NCBI GenBank assembly: GCA_000320545.1
Contig: ADNK01000555.1
Coordinates: 1 to 64,000, forward strand
DNA length: 64,000 nucleotides
Reading direction: 5' to 3'
Source: Bigelowiella natans CCMP2755
Taxonomy: Eukaryota; Protista; Cercozoa
In this document: one piece after another, positions 13,883 through 31,000 of the stretch
Position numbering within the stretch: position 1 is the stretch's first letter
How the letters are laid out: every line of letters starts with the position of its first letter
Notes under the pieces: model-generated
What the model was told of the DNA's origin: nothing
Seen by the model: only the letters and a program-made list of their open reading frames with translations
The model's database searches: none
Translations under genes and position numbers: made by a program

Positions 13883-14437
13883 TTGATCATGGTAGAACAT
13901 GATAATAATGAGGACGATGAGAAGCATGAGAAAAAGCTACTGAAGCTACATCGACCTTGCAATTCTTACAATCTCTATGCAATTGAAGCCATTGTGCGGC
14001 GTTACTTTGTCGCAAACTCCTCACCGGTGGATCTCGAGGACCTTTGGTCTATCATGACCGAAGATGTGGTCGCTGAATACCCTTCTAGTACATCTCGTGG
14101 ATTACAGCAGTACAAAAGTAACGTAACACGGAATACGAATATCATTCGAAGGTGCTTTTGCTATAGTCGTGTGAAACCTACTAATTTCGAAATATCTAAG
14201 AATGAAAAGGGTAAAAACAATGAAGTCAATGTCATAGTTCCTTGGACATACTCAGCGATGCTTTTGTTCTGTTGTTGCCCATTATGTGCATCTGGGGTTA
14301 ATATCTTCACCATCCGATCTGAACCTGGTGTTGATGAAGACCCATCAAGTGATAGAATTTTGATCAGTTATGTTAAGACAGTAGTGGGAAGTACGAAAGG
14401 CCGCGAAGAAGCTTCAAAATGGAGGCAGAACAGTTGA
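13883..14437 (+). CDS. Hypothetical protein, possibly SnoaL/NTF2-like fold
   Basis: Uninterrupted 184-codon ORF with protein-like composition. The segment 'DLEDLWSIMTEDVVAEYP...SRGLQQYK' resembles the SnoaL-like N-terminal pattern; the fold call is inference. Confidence 0.55.
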   Translation: MIMVEHDNNEDDEKHEKKLLKLHRPCNSYNLYAIEAIVRRYFVANSSPVDLEDLWSIMTEDVVAEYPSSTSRGLQQYKSNVTRNTNIIRRCFCYSRVKPTNFEISKNEKGKNNEVNVIVPWTYSAMLLFCCCPLCASGVNIFTIRSEPGVDEDPSSDRILISYVKTVVGSTKGREEASKWRQNS

Positions 14438-14499
14438 GCTGCCTATCATTTATCAACAATGAAAATTACTACACAACGACATAGTTTATAAATGAATCA

Positions 14500-15600
14500 T
14501 GAGCCTTGCACTGTAGCATGTAGCGTGTACTCCGCGTCAACGCGTCAACCAACATGCACTTTAGTGTTCACTTGTCGGACATAATATGAATGCGCACATC
14601 TTTTACGCATTTGTGTGCTTTTTTAATCGATGATTTTGGCTCACAATTGCCACCAATTCTAGAATTGTTAGCAAATGCAAGTCTACGAACAATGACAAAT
14701 GTACGACTTCTCGAAGACATGAACAAAGCACAGGTCTAGAGGTGTACTACGCACGCTAACACGTGCTGCGTGCTGCAGGGAAATAAAGATTGCCATCAAG
14801 ATGGTAGCTGCGCTGCACATTGCACAGCTAGACAGCTACCTAGCTACATGAGCAGGATGGCCATTGAACAGATTTGACTTAATTCAATCATTGATTATAT
14901 CCGTCTCTTGCACAATCTGTTCACATTGTGTCGCATGCACATGTAATAGACATGCTAGCATGTTCGGTTGTTGCGCGGTGCTGGCATTCAGACTTGCATC
15001 ATCACAGAAGCACAAGCATGCCCCATCTCCACATCGCCCACGTGCTGACATGCACACTGCTAGACTGCTAGACTGCCTAACTGCTGGCCAACGATGCATG
15101 CAGCATGATCAAAATGTGGGACAAATAAACATGAAGTTGGCGAATGCCGCATCATGCTAGCAAGGCATCACACCTCACTAGCTCATTTCAATTTTAGCTC
15201 GCACTGCATTGCCAGATTGCATTGCCAGATTGCATTGCAAATCAACATGGCTTGTGCTGCGATGCACTGTCTAGCCGTGCGCATAGCGACGGCATGCATG
15301 ACCTGTCATGCTAGCATGATGGCAGATCGATCTAGGTCACGGCTCTGCGATGCTAATATTCACCTGACAATTTGATGTGACTGAACACCTTGAAACGGTC
15401 AAGCAATTTTGTTAATGTGAAATCTGCAATGATGCAATTTTGTTCGTCGTTGCACCTTGCAAACAATTGTACATGAGTGTCTGGTTGCATCCACTACACG
15501 ACACAGTGCTAAACGCAACTGATTAGACTTATATGAAAAGGAAATGATTCTTTGAAGTAGTAGAATGGTATGTGTCACTCAGCAATCTGATCTAGTGATA
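14500..15600. other. CTAG/CATG/TGCA-rich convergent spacer 3 (SnoaL-like > < ADSS)
   Basis: For example acagctagacagctacctagctacatg, gacatgctagcatg and gcatgcatgacctgtcatgctagcatg. Confidence 0.7.
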
Positions 15601-15648
15601 ATGATTATTGTCTTATCACAATCCTGCTAGCCTGTTGCACTCTGGTAA

Positions 15649-20036
<4,388 letters not shown>

Positions 20037-20245
20037 TGTCCCAACAGCACGTTTCGAAGATTGCTTGCACTTTAACGCGTTTACCGCTTGCAATTCCTCG
20101 GGTGATGGAAGCAAAAATGTAAGTCGGCCAATATAAATGTATGCGGTTTGCTTCAATCCGAGGCGATATGCATTCAAGACTTAGATTTGGTCAAAGATAC
20201 GGCTGCCGAAAAGGTCGTTTCTCAGGAAAGCCGTGGGGTTCCGTA

Positions 20246-21834
20246 GCAAACTGGGTCTAATACCCTACGTTTCTTTTGATCCGAGATGGCTATTGACCAC
20301 AAGGAAGTATTGCGCTGAACATTTGAACCCTTGAAATTGAATATTCGAATTGTCAATTAGATACGTCACAATGATTTCGTACCTGGATTTACAATGGATT
20401 GTTAATGGATTTTAGATTTCGAGAATATTCCATTGTCGCAGATGAAGATAATACTACGCATTTTAATCGCTAAATAAAACCTTCTTTCGGATTCGGCTTC
20501 CGGCAGGTTCCAGAAGAACAAGGACAGAACAGGATTTAACACAAACGAGCAGACGAGGAGGGGAGGAGGAGAAGGAATTGGGTCAGCCTGATAATCAGTA
20601 AAAATATGAATGACTTCCATCAGAAGCAGCGAGACGATAGCTTGATGAAGAATTACAATGTGAGCAAAGTTCAGCACATAGAGCGCAGTCATTGTAGAAG
20701 TAGAAGAGAGGTGCGGAAAAGCATGCCATGTCCTGGACCACCGCGACGGTTGTGGCGAGGCCAATTTTACAGCTACAGAAGAGAACGGGTCGAACAAATA
20801 AGACGTCGTCAGGATACAAATGCCAACCTTCAATTTATCCAGGCAAGGGAATGCCAGCACGCTGTTGCAGCCATTCAAACTAAAAATACTAAGCACGAAA
20901 AGTTACCGAGGAAACAGCTGGATTTGCGCCGTGAAACTAAGACGGCGGAAGGCAATGGAATATGGAGCAACCCTAAGTTCTTAAGAGAGCAGCGACTGAA
21001 AATGAGATTCTCAAAAATGAACTCCATTCGTTTGGGTATAAAATTCATACAGTTGATGTGTAAGCTGAGATTATTACTTATGAACGGATCAATTCTAATC
21101 ACAGGGGGCATCCCTGAAAATTTAATACTGCAATATGGGGTAGAATGACCATCATACTTTACCTTAATTATACTTTCCGCTTAATTCCAAATCATTATGA
21201 TTAAATTTTGAGCACATCTATAAATTGTATGGTATGTTCCTGCAGGGAATCAAAAAGGTTCCACACACAAACAACTTCCCACACGCCATAATGAGATTCG
21301 TGTTCTCATTCTTGTCAACTTGGGTAATAATCTTCCACAATTTAAATGATGCAATCCAGTTTGGCCTAGTTAAAATACGCACTGTGTTTTTGTGCACTTA
21401 GGAGGTCAAGGGCTTGGAAATTGTCTGCAAGAATTGGTTGGTCGCGCTGTGTCAAAGCCTAACATGTTTTTCAACGCTTGCTTCTTTTTCTGTGTATCTG
21501 TTTCAGGCGGAGTATAATAAATACGGATACTTTAAATGAGTTCGCGACGGTTTCCAAAAATCCGCGGCAGAAGTTTAAGCGGGGGCTAAGTCCAGCACCT
21601 AATAATGAGAACGAGGCTCGACATGTGACTCAGAAAGCACTGCAGAGTTTGATCATTTTGAAAAGGGAAAGCAATGTGGCTTCTTTACGATCTAGGAAAT
21701 CATTTGGAGCATTGGCATTTTCTGAGCAAAAATCGACTAAATCCAGTAGACCATCATCATTTGAAGACCATGATGACGATAGAAGAACATTATTAAATGT
21801 TGTTGTTGTTGATGATGATGATGATGAGGAATAA
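20246..21834 (+). CDS. Hypothetical basic/charged protein, multi-exon
   Basis: Long open frames at 20606-21148 and 21506-21834 with plausible AG/GT boundaries between them. No recognisable domain; the start is uncertain. Confidence 0.4.
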
Positions 21835-21849
21835 GCGACGCTGTCTGGC

Positions 21850-22300
21850 TATACCTTCTAGACATTGATGCCCATAGCAGACGTTCATTTTCTAGATGAC
21901 CAATGTTAGCAGACGCTATATACAGTGTAAGTTGTTGTGATAATTGACATGCTGGCGGCGGAGCCCTAATATAAACAAAAAAACTACCATGCATGATCCA
22001 CATGCAAAGCTGTCTAGACATGAAACACAGCAGATGCACATGTACTTGATCAACACGTACACATTGCAGAACATATAGCAGCATGTATATGCGACCTACA
22101 TTGATGCCTAGAAGATTAGATGAGTAGCACCCTGTGATGCATAGTGCTAGCGGATCGAGTGCAAATAAAAGGCAGGCATTCATGTGCTACTGAGCGCTAA
22201 CGTCAGTGGTATATTTGCGTACCAAGCTGCTATGTGAATCGTGAATGATGCAGATGCAAGGCAGCAAATATGTAGCCGTGTGTGCTATAGTGTTTACAAT
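21850..22300. other. CTAG/CATG/TGCA-rich convergent spacer 4 (hypothetical > < giant gene)
   Basis: For example ccatgcatgatccacatgcaaagctgtctagacatg and gatgcatagtgctagc. Confidence 0.65.
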
Positions 22301-22484
22301 TTGGTATCCTCTTGGGTTCGGTGTTTATATTTGAATTTAGACAAAAAGAACCGTTCACAACGAACTATTCATGGAGACTTGATTTTAAAAATCTGGAATA
22401 TATGTATTGTTTTGCATTAAAAGTAAATATTTGATATTTATATATCAGCATTTGAAGCTAGGACGTCTATGGTCATGACGTCCA

Positions 22485-24142
22485 TTATTTGCTAGCTTTC
22501 TTCTCGAGAGGGGGGAACTCTTCAAAGAATTGTGCAAAATTGGTGAGCGACATGGTCTTTGCAAAATTCTGCCCAGCCATGCTTGAGATTTGTACTAGGT
22601 TTGGCTTGTCACCATTGCAGTCGCTTTGACCCTCACTGCACAGAAGTACAGCATCCTCATGCTCAAGTTCAGTTACTCTCTCCAGCTTCCATTTGAATTC
22701 TTGCGACTCTATCAACGACTTCTGCTTGTCATCCTTCTTATTTGCCTCCACGGAGCACACGTACATGCTCTGCAGGAGATGTACCTACACAGGGAAAACC
22801 GGAAACAATTTTAGGAGGCAAACATATGCTACAAATTACCGCACTACCACCAAACATAATACCAGCTGCATTGACGTACACGATAACACTGATGTGGTCA
22901 TGGAATGGACGCTTTCTGATTCTCTGTCACATTGTACATATTTCTCACCGGAAAGTCTGCAGGGAGAGGCTGAGAGAGCAATCCCTTAAATGCTTTCACA
23001 GAATAGTTTGCGCCAAGGGTCACGAGAGGCGAGATCGGCCTGGAAATCAGATACTTGCCAGGAGCCAAAGTTGCGAGCGCAACTAGCTGTGAGGTGCTAT
23101 CCTCATTGTACTTTTCGAAAGCAAGCTCCTTACACATATTTGGTGCAGGGAAAGACTTAACAAGAAGTTGGTCGATAATCCGTTGTAGCAATCCTGCTGC
23201 GTGTTCGGGGGACTTGAGCTTGGAGACGTGCTGGAAATAGTGATCCAGTAGGCCTTTGAAGGCGGCAAGATAACGATCTACATCCTGTTGATCATAGCAG
23301 TCACTTGAGCATTCTATCTGGATCATCTTCGAAAAGAAAGCAAAAGTGGGAGGTGACGTGTACTTCATAATAATACCTGTTTCCCAACTGGCTCCCCATT
23401 GTCTCGGGTCATCCGGAAGTGCATGAACCGTGCGTCCGAATAAGTTGCGATCATCTGCTGCAGGAGGTCCAAAGGCAGTTTATCAAAACTCTTCGCAAAC
23501 TGTTCTTCAATTGAAGAAATCTTGCTTCCGGTCAGCCAGTCTGCTGCCGTCTTCATAACAAGAGGAGAATGATTCTCTTCACTGCTTTTTCCTTTGTCAT
23601 TCGGCACCGAATGTCCAATGGAATCAGCGGCGACAAGAACCAACCTAAATTATTGGTGATGATAATAACATGATCAGAATAAGAACGGTAGTAAACTATG
23701 GTGAAGCAACCCTGTTCGCACCCTCATCCTCACAATTCTAGTATTCAGAAGAATCTCTGGATTAGAATTGCTCCAAAAACCAGCACCAGTATCCACCAAA
23801 AAAACACACATATTTGACATTCCTGTGCAGGATTGATAGTATTACTGTTCCGGAAGGCTCTCGAAGGCCAGCATGTTTGATTGCGATTCGAGCATCTCCA
23901 ACGTTTTCGTCCAAAGAGAACGGAGAAGATCCTGGCTTTCCGCAGTAGCCCTGTTTGCCTCGCTAGTCATGCGCTTGATGAGAGCGTTCCCCCCCTGCAA
24001 TACAAACGAAGAAAATGATTTGTTAAGTCAACAACCATCAATGCATGGGGACTATGATATGGAAAATAAGTTTGTGTGTCTCTGTCTGTGTGGGGGTGCC
24101 ATTCCACATACATGAGACTCTGCTAATTGGGTGTAATTAAGT

Positions 24143-24186
<44 letters not shown>

Positions 24187-25720
24187 TGATCTCATCATCT
24201 CGCAGACCTGCTGCTGCCGCTGATCATTACAAGACACGTAGTCCTTAATTGATGCGAAAGACTTCTGGTAGATGCTGAGCTCATTCCTCGCCAAATCGAG
24301 GTATTTGTTCAGACGGTCGCGGTGGCGAATCCAGCCCATAGACAAGTCCTCCAAAGCTTTCTTCGTGTCTCTGTCTTTCTGCTGCGCTTCAAATGAGGAG
24401 AGCTGCTCGGAGAGCTTGTCAAGCTTGCGGTTGAGGACTCCCACCTTCGAGAGCGAAATGTCGTCGGGGCCATTGGTTGTGTCCTTGTAGGCACGGATCT
24501 ACAGATAAGACGGTGATACGAATAATAACAAAGGGATAATAGTTACTCACTGTGATGGATGTTATTGTGATGACAACAATAAACTCTTCGTGTAGGCGTC
24601 ATCATCATCATTATCACCATCATCATCATAATCCCTTCTTTCCCTCTCCTCCTCCTCCTCCTCCTCCTCCTCACCAGGCGTTCCCCTCGGGTGAGGAAAT
24701 ACGAGCTGACACGCTGCTGCATCTGCACGGCCCAGTCTTGAACGGCAAGCGTGTTGTTCATGCTGTTCACTGTGCGCTGCACGCGCTCTTTCGCCCAATT
24801 TTGTCGACGCTGCATCATTCCTTTGCCTGATGACAATAAGTATTTACCATTACAAAATCACTCGTAGATTTGATGCCTCATCGATTCAATTACGCACCAT
24901 CGATTCTTGCAATTTGTAGCTCTGAATTATAGAGAGATTTGGCACGTCGAAGCAAGCTGTCTGCTCGCTCTAAGGCGTCAGCAACAACGCTGTCAGCCTC
25001 ATCACTCGAGTTGGCACGCTTGACAGCACCATGTGCATCCTGGATAACCCTTATAGCTTCCGTGTGTGCTGTTTCCACCTATTGTGATATCAAGTAGCAT
25101 TTCGAATGCACATTAGCGAGGCCGATGTTGCTTCGAGTTTTCCCCGAGAGATCGGCGATGATGCCTCTTTCATCTAGTGTGCAAATTGGTTCTCTCTCTC
25201 TCTCTCTCACATGACTACAGACTTGCACACACGACGTACCTCTTCATGCACGTTGGGGGGGAGAAGATATTTTTCGACGCTGCTCTGGAAATCACTGAAC
25301 AATTCGGCCGGATTTGTTTCGAAAAGCATCTTCTTCTTCGGCGCGACCTATTTGTTGGAGGCAGCGGTATATATGGAACGCGGTAGAGTTAATGACACGA
25401 TTAAGAAAACGGTCTAGGCTTTCATCAATTCCCTTTACCTTCGCAACTTCCTGCTCCACTTTAAGCATCGTCACTTGCGAGTAGTAATCCATGAGCATGT
25501 CTATATTGGTCATTAAGTTTTCCGCCAAAAGCTCAATGTTCTTGATGACAGCCGCCGTTCCAGCACGGACGGCGTCGCGGAGGCAATACAGATCGCACAG
25601 CACCTTCAAACAAAGGCAAAAACAGAGAAATGAATGAAAAAGTCATATTATTTCCAATATAATGGATTAAAACTCAAATTCAATACTTTCCCCCCTCGCC
25701 CCATGTATAGCACAAATGCG

Positions 25721-25763
<43 letters not shown>

Positions 25764-26670
25764 CCAAGTTGAACCCATTTTGCATTGGGTTGCAGTCATC
25801 GTATCCTTCACGTTCTTCATGCATGTCATAGCCGTTTTGAGCGGTGGCCACTGCAAAATCCTTGATCGCGGACGTGAGAGCGTACGCGCGATCGCACGTT
25901 TGGGAGAATTGGAAGCCCATAGAGAACGAAGGCCCAGCTAGTCCTCCTCCTCCACCAGCGGAAACATCAGGTAGGAACGCACACTGAACGGAAAGACTGT
26001 CAACCACCAAGCCGATGGTGTCGCTGACCATCTCAAAGCTTAAATGCACCTGTTTGCGGATGATGTTTGTAAGAATAAGAACGACCTATAAAGCTGGAGA
26101 AGAGAAAGTACCTTAGCCGATTCCCACGCGCGCTCGATATCTCTTTGGTTGCAGTCGTTCTCAACGGCCGCTGTCATTGTGGTTTCGTCGGTCTTTCCCC
26201 ATTTCTTCCAGGATGTGCCTGCTACAATCCCACAAGCGTCTTTCTCCGTGAAGAGTTCCTAAGGAAAATATAACAGAATAACGGTTATAATTGTAGTACT
26301 AGTAGTCGTAGCCACACACCGTAGAAGAAGAATATTTTCAAGGCAAATACAGAAGTTTCTTTCAGTGTTTGCAGACGACTAATCATGCGGATCAATATAT
26401 TCGGTGTATATCTCCCTCAGTATATTATTACCGTGGCCTCTTCGTAGGCCTCCTCCTCCATCTTTAAGCAGCCTTCGTTGTACTCTGGCTGAGCGGCCTC
26501 GAATTTGACTATTGCTGGCTTTTGCGGTTTACCACCAGGGGCAGCGCCGCCGTTCTTAGCATCAGATGTCATTCCGTCACCAATCATTGGCTTGAACCCG
26601 ATCAGAGAATATCTGTGAGTGGAGGGGGAAACATATGATGAGGATCAACACCTGCACGCCGTCTAGGCAC

Positions 26671-26707
<37 letters not shown>

Positions 26708-28030
26708 GTGTAAAATTTGTAGACAGAGAATTTTCTCCTCATTATTTGTTACTTGGTGCCAACAGATGTCTCGTAGAGCCAGTTGACTTCCATTGGATGT
26801 ACGGTGTCGCCATTCTGCTTGGAGCACCTCTCCTTGGACGCATCCTTCTCAAGAGGGTCGTAGAGACACCATTGCTCAGTAGTCTTCTTGTATTTTATCG
26901 TCGGAACCTTGTTGCTATGCAGCTAATACGATATTCGAGGATAAAGAACAGATAATAAGCAAGTCAGCTTGCAATAATATGAAGCAAATCCATACGACTC
27001 ATTCACGATATTAGCCATTCACACACTGTACGCGCTGGGTACGACGTTCTTTGGATCTCTAATCATCTAGTCATCATCATTACAACTTACCATCCCACTC
27101 TTGCAGCGCATATCAGCCTTGCACAGGGCGTTCATTTGGTTGATATCGCTCTGACTAGACCAGTAGCTGTAAAACGGCTTGTCTGCATCCTTCGACTGCC
27201 TCATTCCACCGACCGTGCCGACGTTACTCCTAGCATAACCGTTTAAGCCAATATTGCACACCATCTGTTTGTTGCTTTTGGTTCCAACGCGTCTGTTCAA
27301 GGCCAAGCGAGCGGCCTCAACGGTGCGGTAAGGCCCGTCTACACTGCGGCGCTGCAAGCCAACGACGCAAAACCACGTGCCTGAGTTTGGAGAAGGGGTC
27401 GGGGCGGGGGTTGGGTACAGTGTAGGAGCCTTCGAGGCGCGTTTATCCCTGCACGGTTTGCTCTCCAAACACATCTTATTCATTGTCGCGACGTCATCTT
27501 TACCGCGATAGTAAGCTTTGAAGTGAGGGGCACTGAGTTATTATTAGCGAAAAGTCTTAGCTTCAAGATGGGCAGAAATTGCAATGGAGCACTAGTTTTT
27601 TTTATATCCCCTCCCTATAATACACCGCTACTTGGCTATTACTCTTACGTACATTTGCCTCTGCATTCCATCTTTAGAGTTGAGAACTGACGGGTTGGCA
27701 CGGGCAGTCTTTGTAGCGGAGGTAATCTGGCAGATCATTTGGGGGTTGAGAGAGGAAGCATCGTACTTGTTAAGTTCTGCCCTGGCAGAAGAAAGGGACG
27801 AGTATGGTCCTGATACTGTACCCTGTTGTTGGAATAAATGTAGAGACCATTATTCGTCAAATCATTGGTGAATTCTTTCGATAACTGAATGAATTGAAAA
27901 CTTATCTTCCACCTCTGCATTCATATTTGTTCTATTACGCTCAGGTCCTCTCCTCTCTCTCCCCCTCCTGGTCCTCTCCTCTCTCTCCCCCTCCTGGTCC
28001 TCTCCTCTCTCTCCCCCTCTTTCACACGCA

Positions 28031-28090
<60 letters not shown>

Positions 28091-31000
28091 ACAGCAGCAG
28101 CATAAAAATGGCTGCAAAACTAATATACGCTGACCTGAGCTCTTCTGGCAACGCACCAATGGTATTGTTTGGTCGAATAAGGCGTAGGATATCGTGTAGG
28201 GTACCGAGTACGAGCAGGTCCCTAGCCAGTACAAACAGAAGTTTTACGATGGCCGAATCGCGGCGAAGGAAATCAGATTGAGACTGTATAGTATCATCAT
28301 AAATAATAGCTACTTACTACCCTTCTGCAGGCTTTACTGTGACTGCATTTGTGGTTCAATATGTTTATATCGTGCCAGCCAAACCAATACTTCTGGAAGC
28401 CTCCACGAGCTCCTATGTTATGATGATGATGAGGAGGAGGAGGATTTGATGATGATAGTGAGGACGCTCCTTTGGAATTAATAGAGAGAACGAAGACTGC
28501 CGCTAATGATTCAGTTGTCAGTAGCATTTTTTGTTTTGAAAAACAGAAAATAGAAATTACCAGAGCTCATAACCGCATACACACTCTCACATCTTAAAAT
28601 CGACACCCGATGAACTCACTCTGTTACTGTTTTGTCACTTCTATTCAAACAATAGCATTTGCACACAATCGCAATACCTGCTCCCTGGTTCCTGCCTCCA
28701 ACTCTATGCGGATCACGTTTGGCCTTGCCATTACGCATTTCGCACACCATTTGCCGATTGAAGATATTTCCTCTCACTTTATTCAGAACCCTTTGCGCTT
28801 GCGCCACGGTTCTGTAAGGACCCTCTACATTACGCTTGTTCATTCGCGCGACACAAAACCAGGTACGGCCGTCTACCGAGTCATCATCATGCGCCCATTC
28901 TTCAACAGCAGTAGTTTCATTGTATATTTCTTCAGAATCCGCTCCCACAAGATCAAAAGCAGTATGCTCCTCTCCTTCCATGAGATCTGCTGATGCTGCT
29001 GCTTCACGATCGACATCGGGATTTGCTGCTGCTTTCAGATTCACACCTGTATATACTTCTCCTTCCATAAGATCTGCAAGTTTCACATCTGTATTCCTAT
29101 TGACAAATTCGTCATAATCGTAGCTAGAGATCTCATCGTGATGTTGTTCCATTGCCTCATCGTCCACAGAGAGGATGTCTTCTTCATCTTCCATTTCCTC
29201 GTCCTCCGCAGCCAACAATGTGACTGGAGGCTCGTAATCACGAGGGGAGACCATTCCCGTCTTGAAAGATAGCGTCTGTACCATCTTCGGCTGTTTGAGC
29301 GAGTCATAGCCCGTTGGACAGTAGATGCCTTCGTAGCTTCTCATACCGTTCAGTGGTAGAGGTGAAATCATTGCTCCAGAATACGATGGGTGCATGCAGC
29401 AGCTCAGCTTGACAGCATTCCACTCATCTGCCTTCTCGTACTCAACCTCAACAGCACCAATCACGGTGTGGCGAGGGCATTCTGGATTCAATTTTGCGTC
29501 GCGCATGGCCTCTGCAGGGGTGAAACTTTTGGAAATCTGGTAGAATCGCTCCATTGTGCACGCTCCCATTCCGAGGAGTGGCGCACACTTGAATTCCATG
29601 CGGTAATTGTCGACCTTTCTGAAGGCCCACATCGCCTCGCCAGGAGGGCACTTTGCAGTCATCGTGACCTTTGCGAACATCGAAGTGTACACTTGGGAGC
29701 CAGTGTGGTGAGAGCGGCGCATCCGCACGCATTTCGGGTGAAGGCCGAAGCTCTGCAGATAACCGACATGAGACTCAGGGCATCTCCAGTCAACATTTGC
29801 TCGACGGGCATTGATGAGTTCCTCTTGCTTGCCGATCCGCTCTAACAGTTGCATTGGCGTGTAGGTAATTGAGGATGAACCGATTGGATAACGTGTCGGA
29901 TGGAGAGTAGGGTAGGTCGTAGGATACCGAGTTGGACGCAACGTAGGCTTGCGAGTGGGGCGCTTCTTCTTTCCAGTCAAAACGCTGTTGAACGCATCGG
30001 CCTCAGAAGAGTCCTCACTTTCAATAAGAGCTGCGGCCTCAGAAGAGTCCTCGCTTTCAGTAAGAGCTGCTGCTGCTGTCTCGGGTTGAGAGTTTGCGGA
30101 CGAGATCTCGTCACCATCACCCTCCTCATCGTCGTCGTCTCTGCTATCATCTTTCTGCTCTTTTTCCATCATCTGCTGTCCGGAGGCGTCGATGACCTTC
30201 ATATCGGCTATACTCTCATAAATCTCCTGTTGTAGTAGTAGGTGACGAACAGAGAGAAAAAATTAGAGGCAATCAAAGACGTAGTAATAAAGTTGGGAAC
30301 ATATGATAAGCCATACTCAGCATAAAATACTGCGACATTGGGCATTCCAAGTGTCCATGAAGAGCATGGAATACCTCTGTGCCAGTCTCGAGCATCAGAC
30401 CGCTCTTATCCAGATACACAAGATCAATTAGCTCCCACGTCCATCGTTGAGGAAGGTTAGAATCCTTCACTTCCCCAGATCGATCCACCGCACCGTTATC
30501 CGGCCTTACTCTTAAAAATCTCCTGTTGTAGTGGTTCCAAAGACCCACGTGACCGTCCCTCCCGGGCATCACCTAGTTTGTATTTAGCTCTTCAATGCGT
30601 ATGCTAGGGTAGTACATTTCATAAATAGGAAAGGCGGGCTCATATTGCCCAGTTTGAAGAGGAGTTCTACAAGAATCCTACAACAGAGGTTAAAAGAATC
30701 TCGCACTGTTCGTTGACCCCCCTTCACTGTAACAACATCCGGGAGACCTTTGAGGCAGTGCTTATGTAACTTTATGGCAGCATACATTACATTCTGCATG
30801 AGAAAAACCACACTGCATAACCCCCTCCCGTCGCCTCACCCCACCCCCAAACCTTAAACATTGCTGTCTCAAAGGAAGGATCAAACCGGCCATGGGGAGA
30901 GTAAGATGTCCATCTGATTTGTGAAGTCCCTTGCGGCATATCGAGGAATCTCTTGTTATACATGTTCCAAAACGCGTACAGTCCGTTTCCTGCGTCTACG

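Noticed and set aside
27067-27090. Stop codon ending a separate gene at 27067
   Set aside because: A consensus GTAAGT donor just before it splices in phase to the exon at 26922, so I treat it as intronic pending cDNA.
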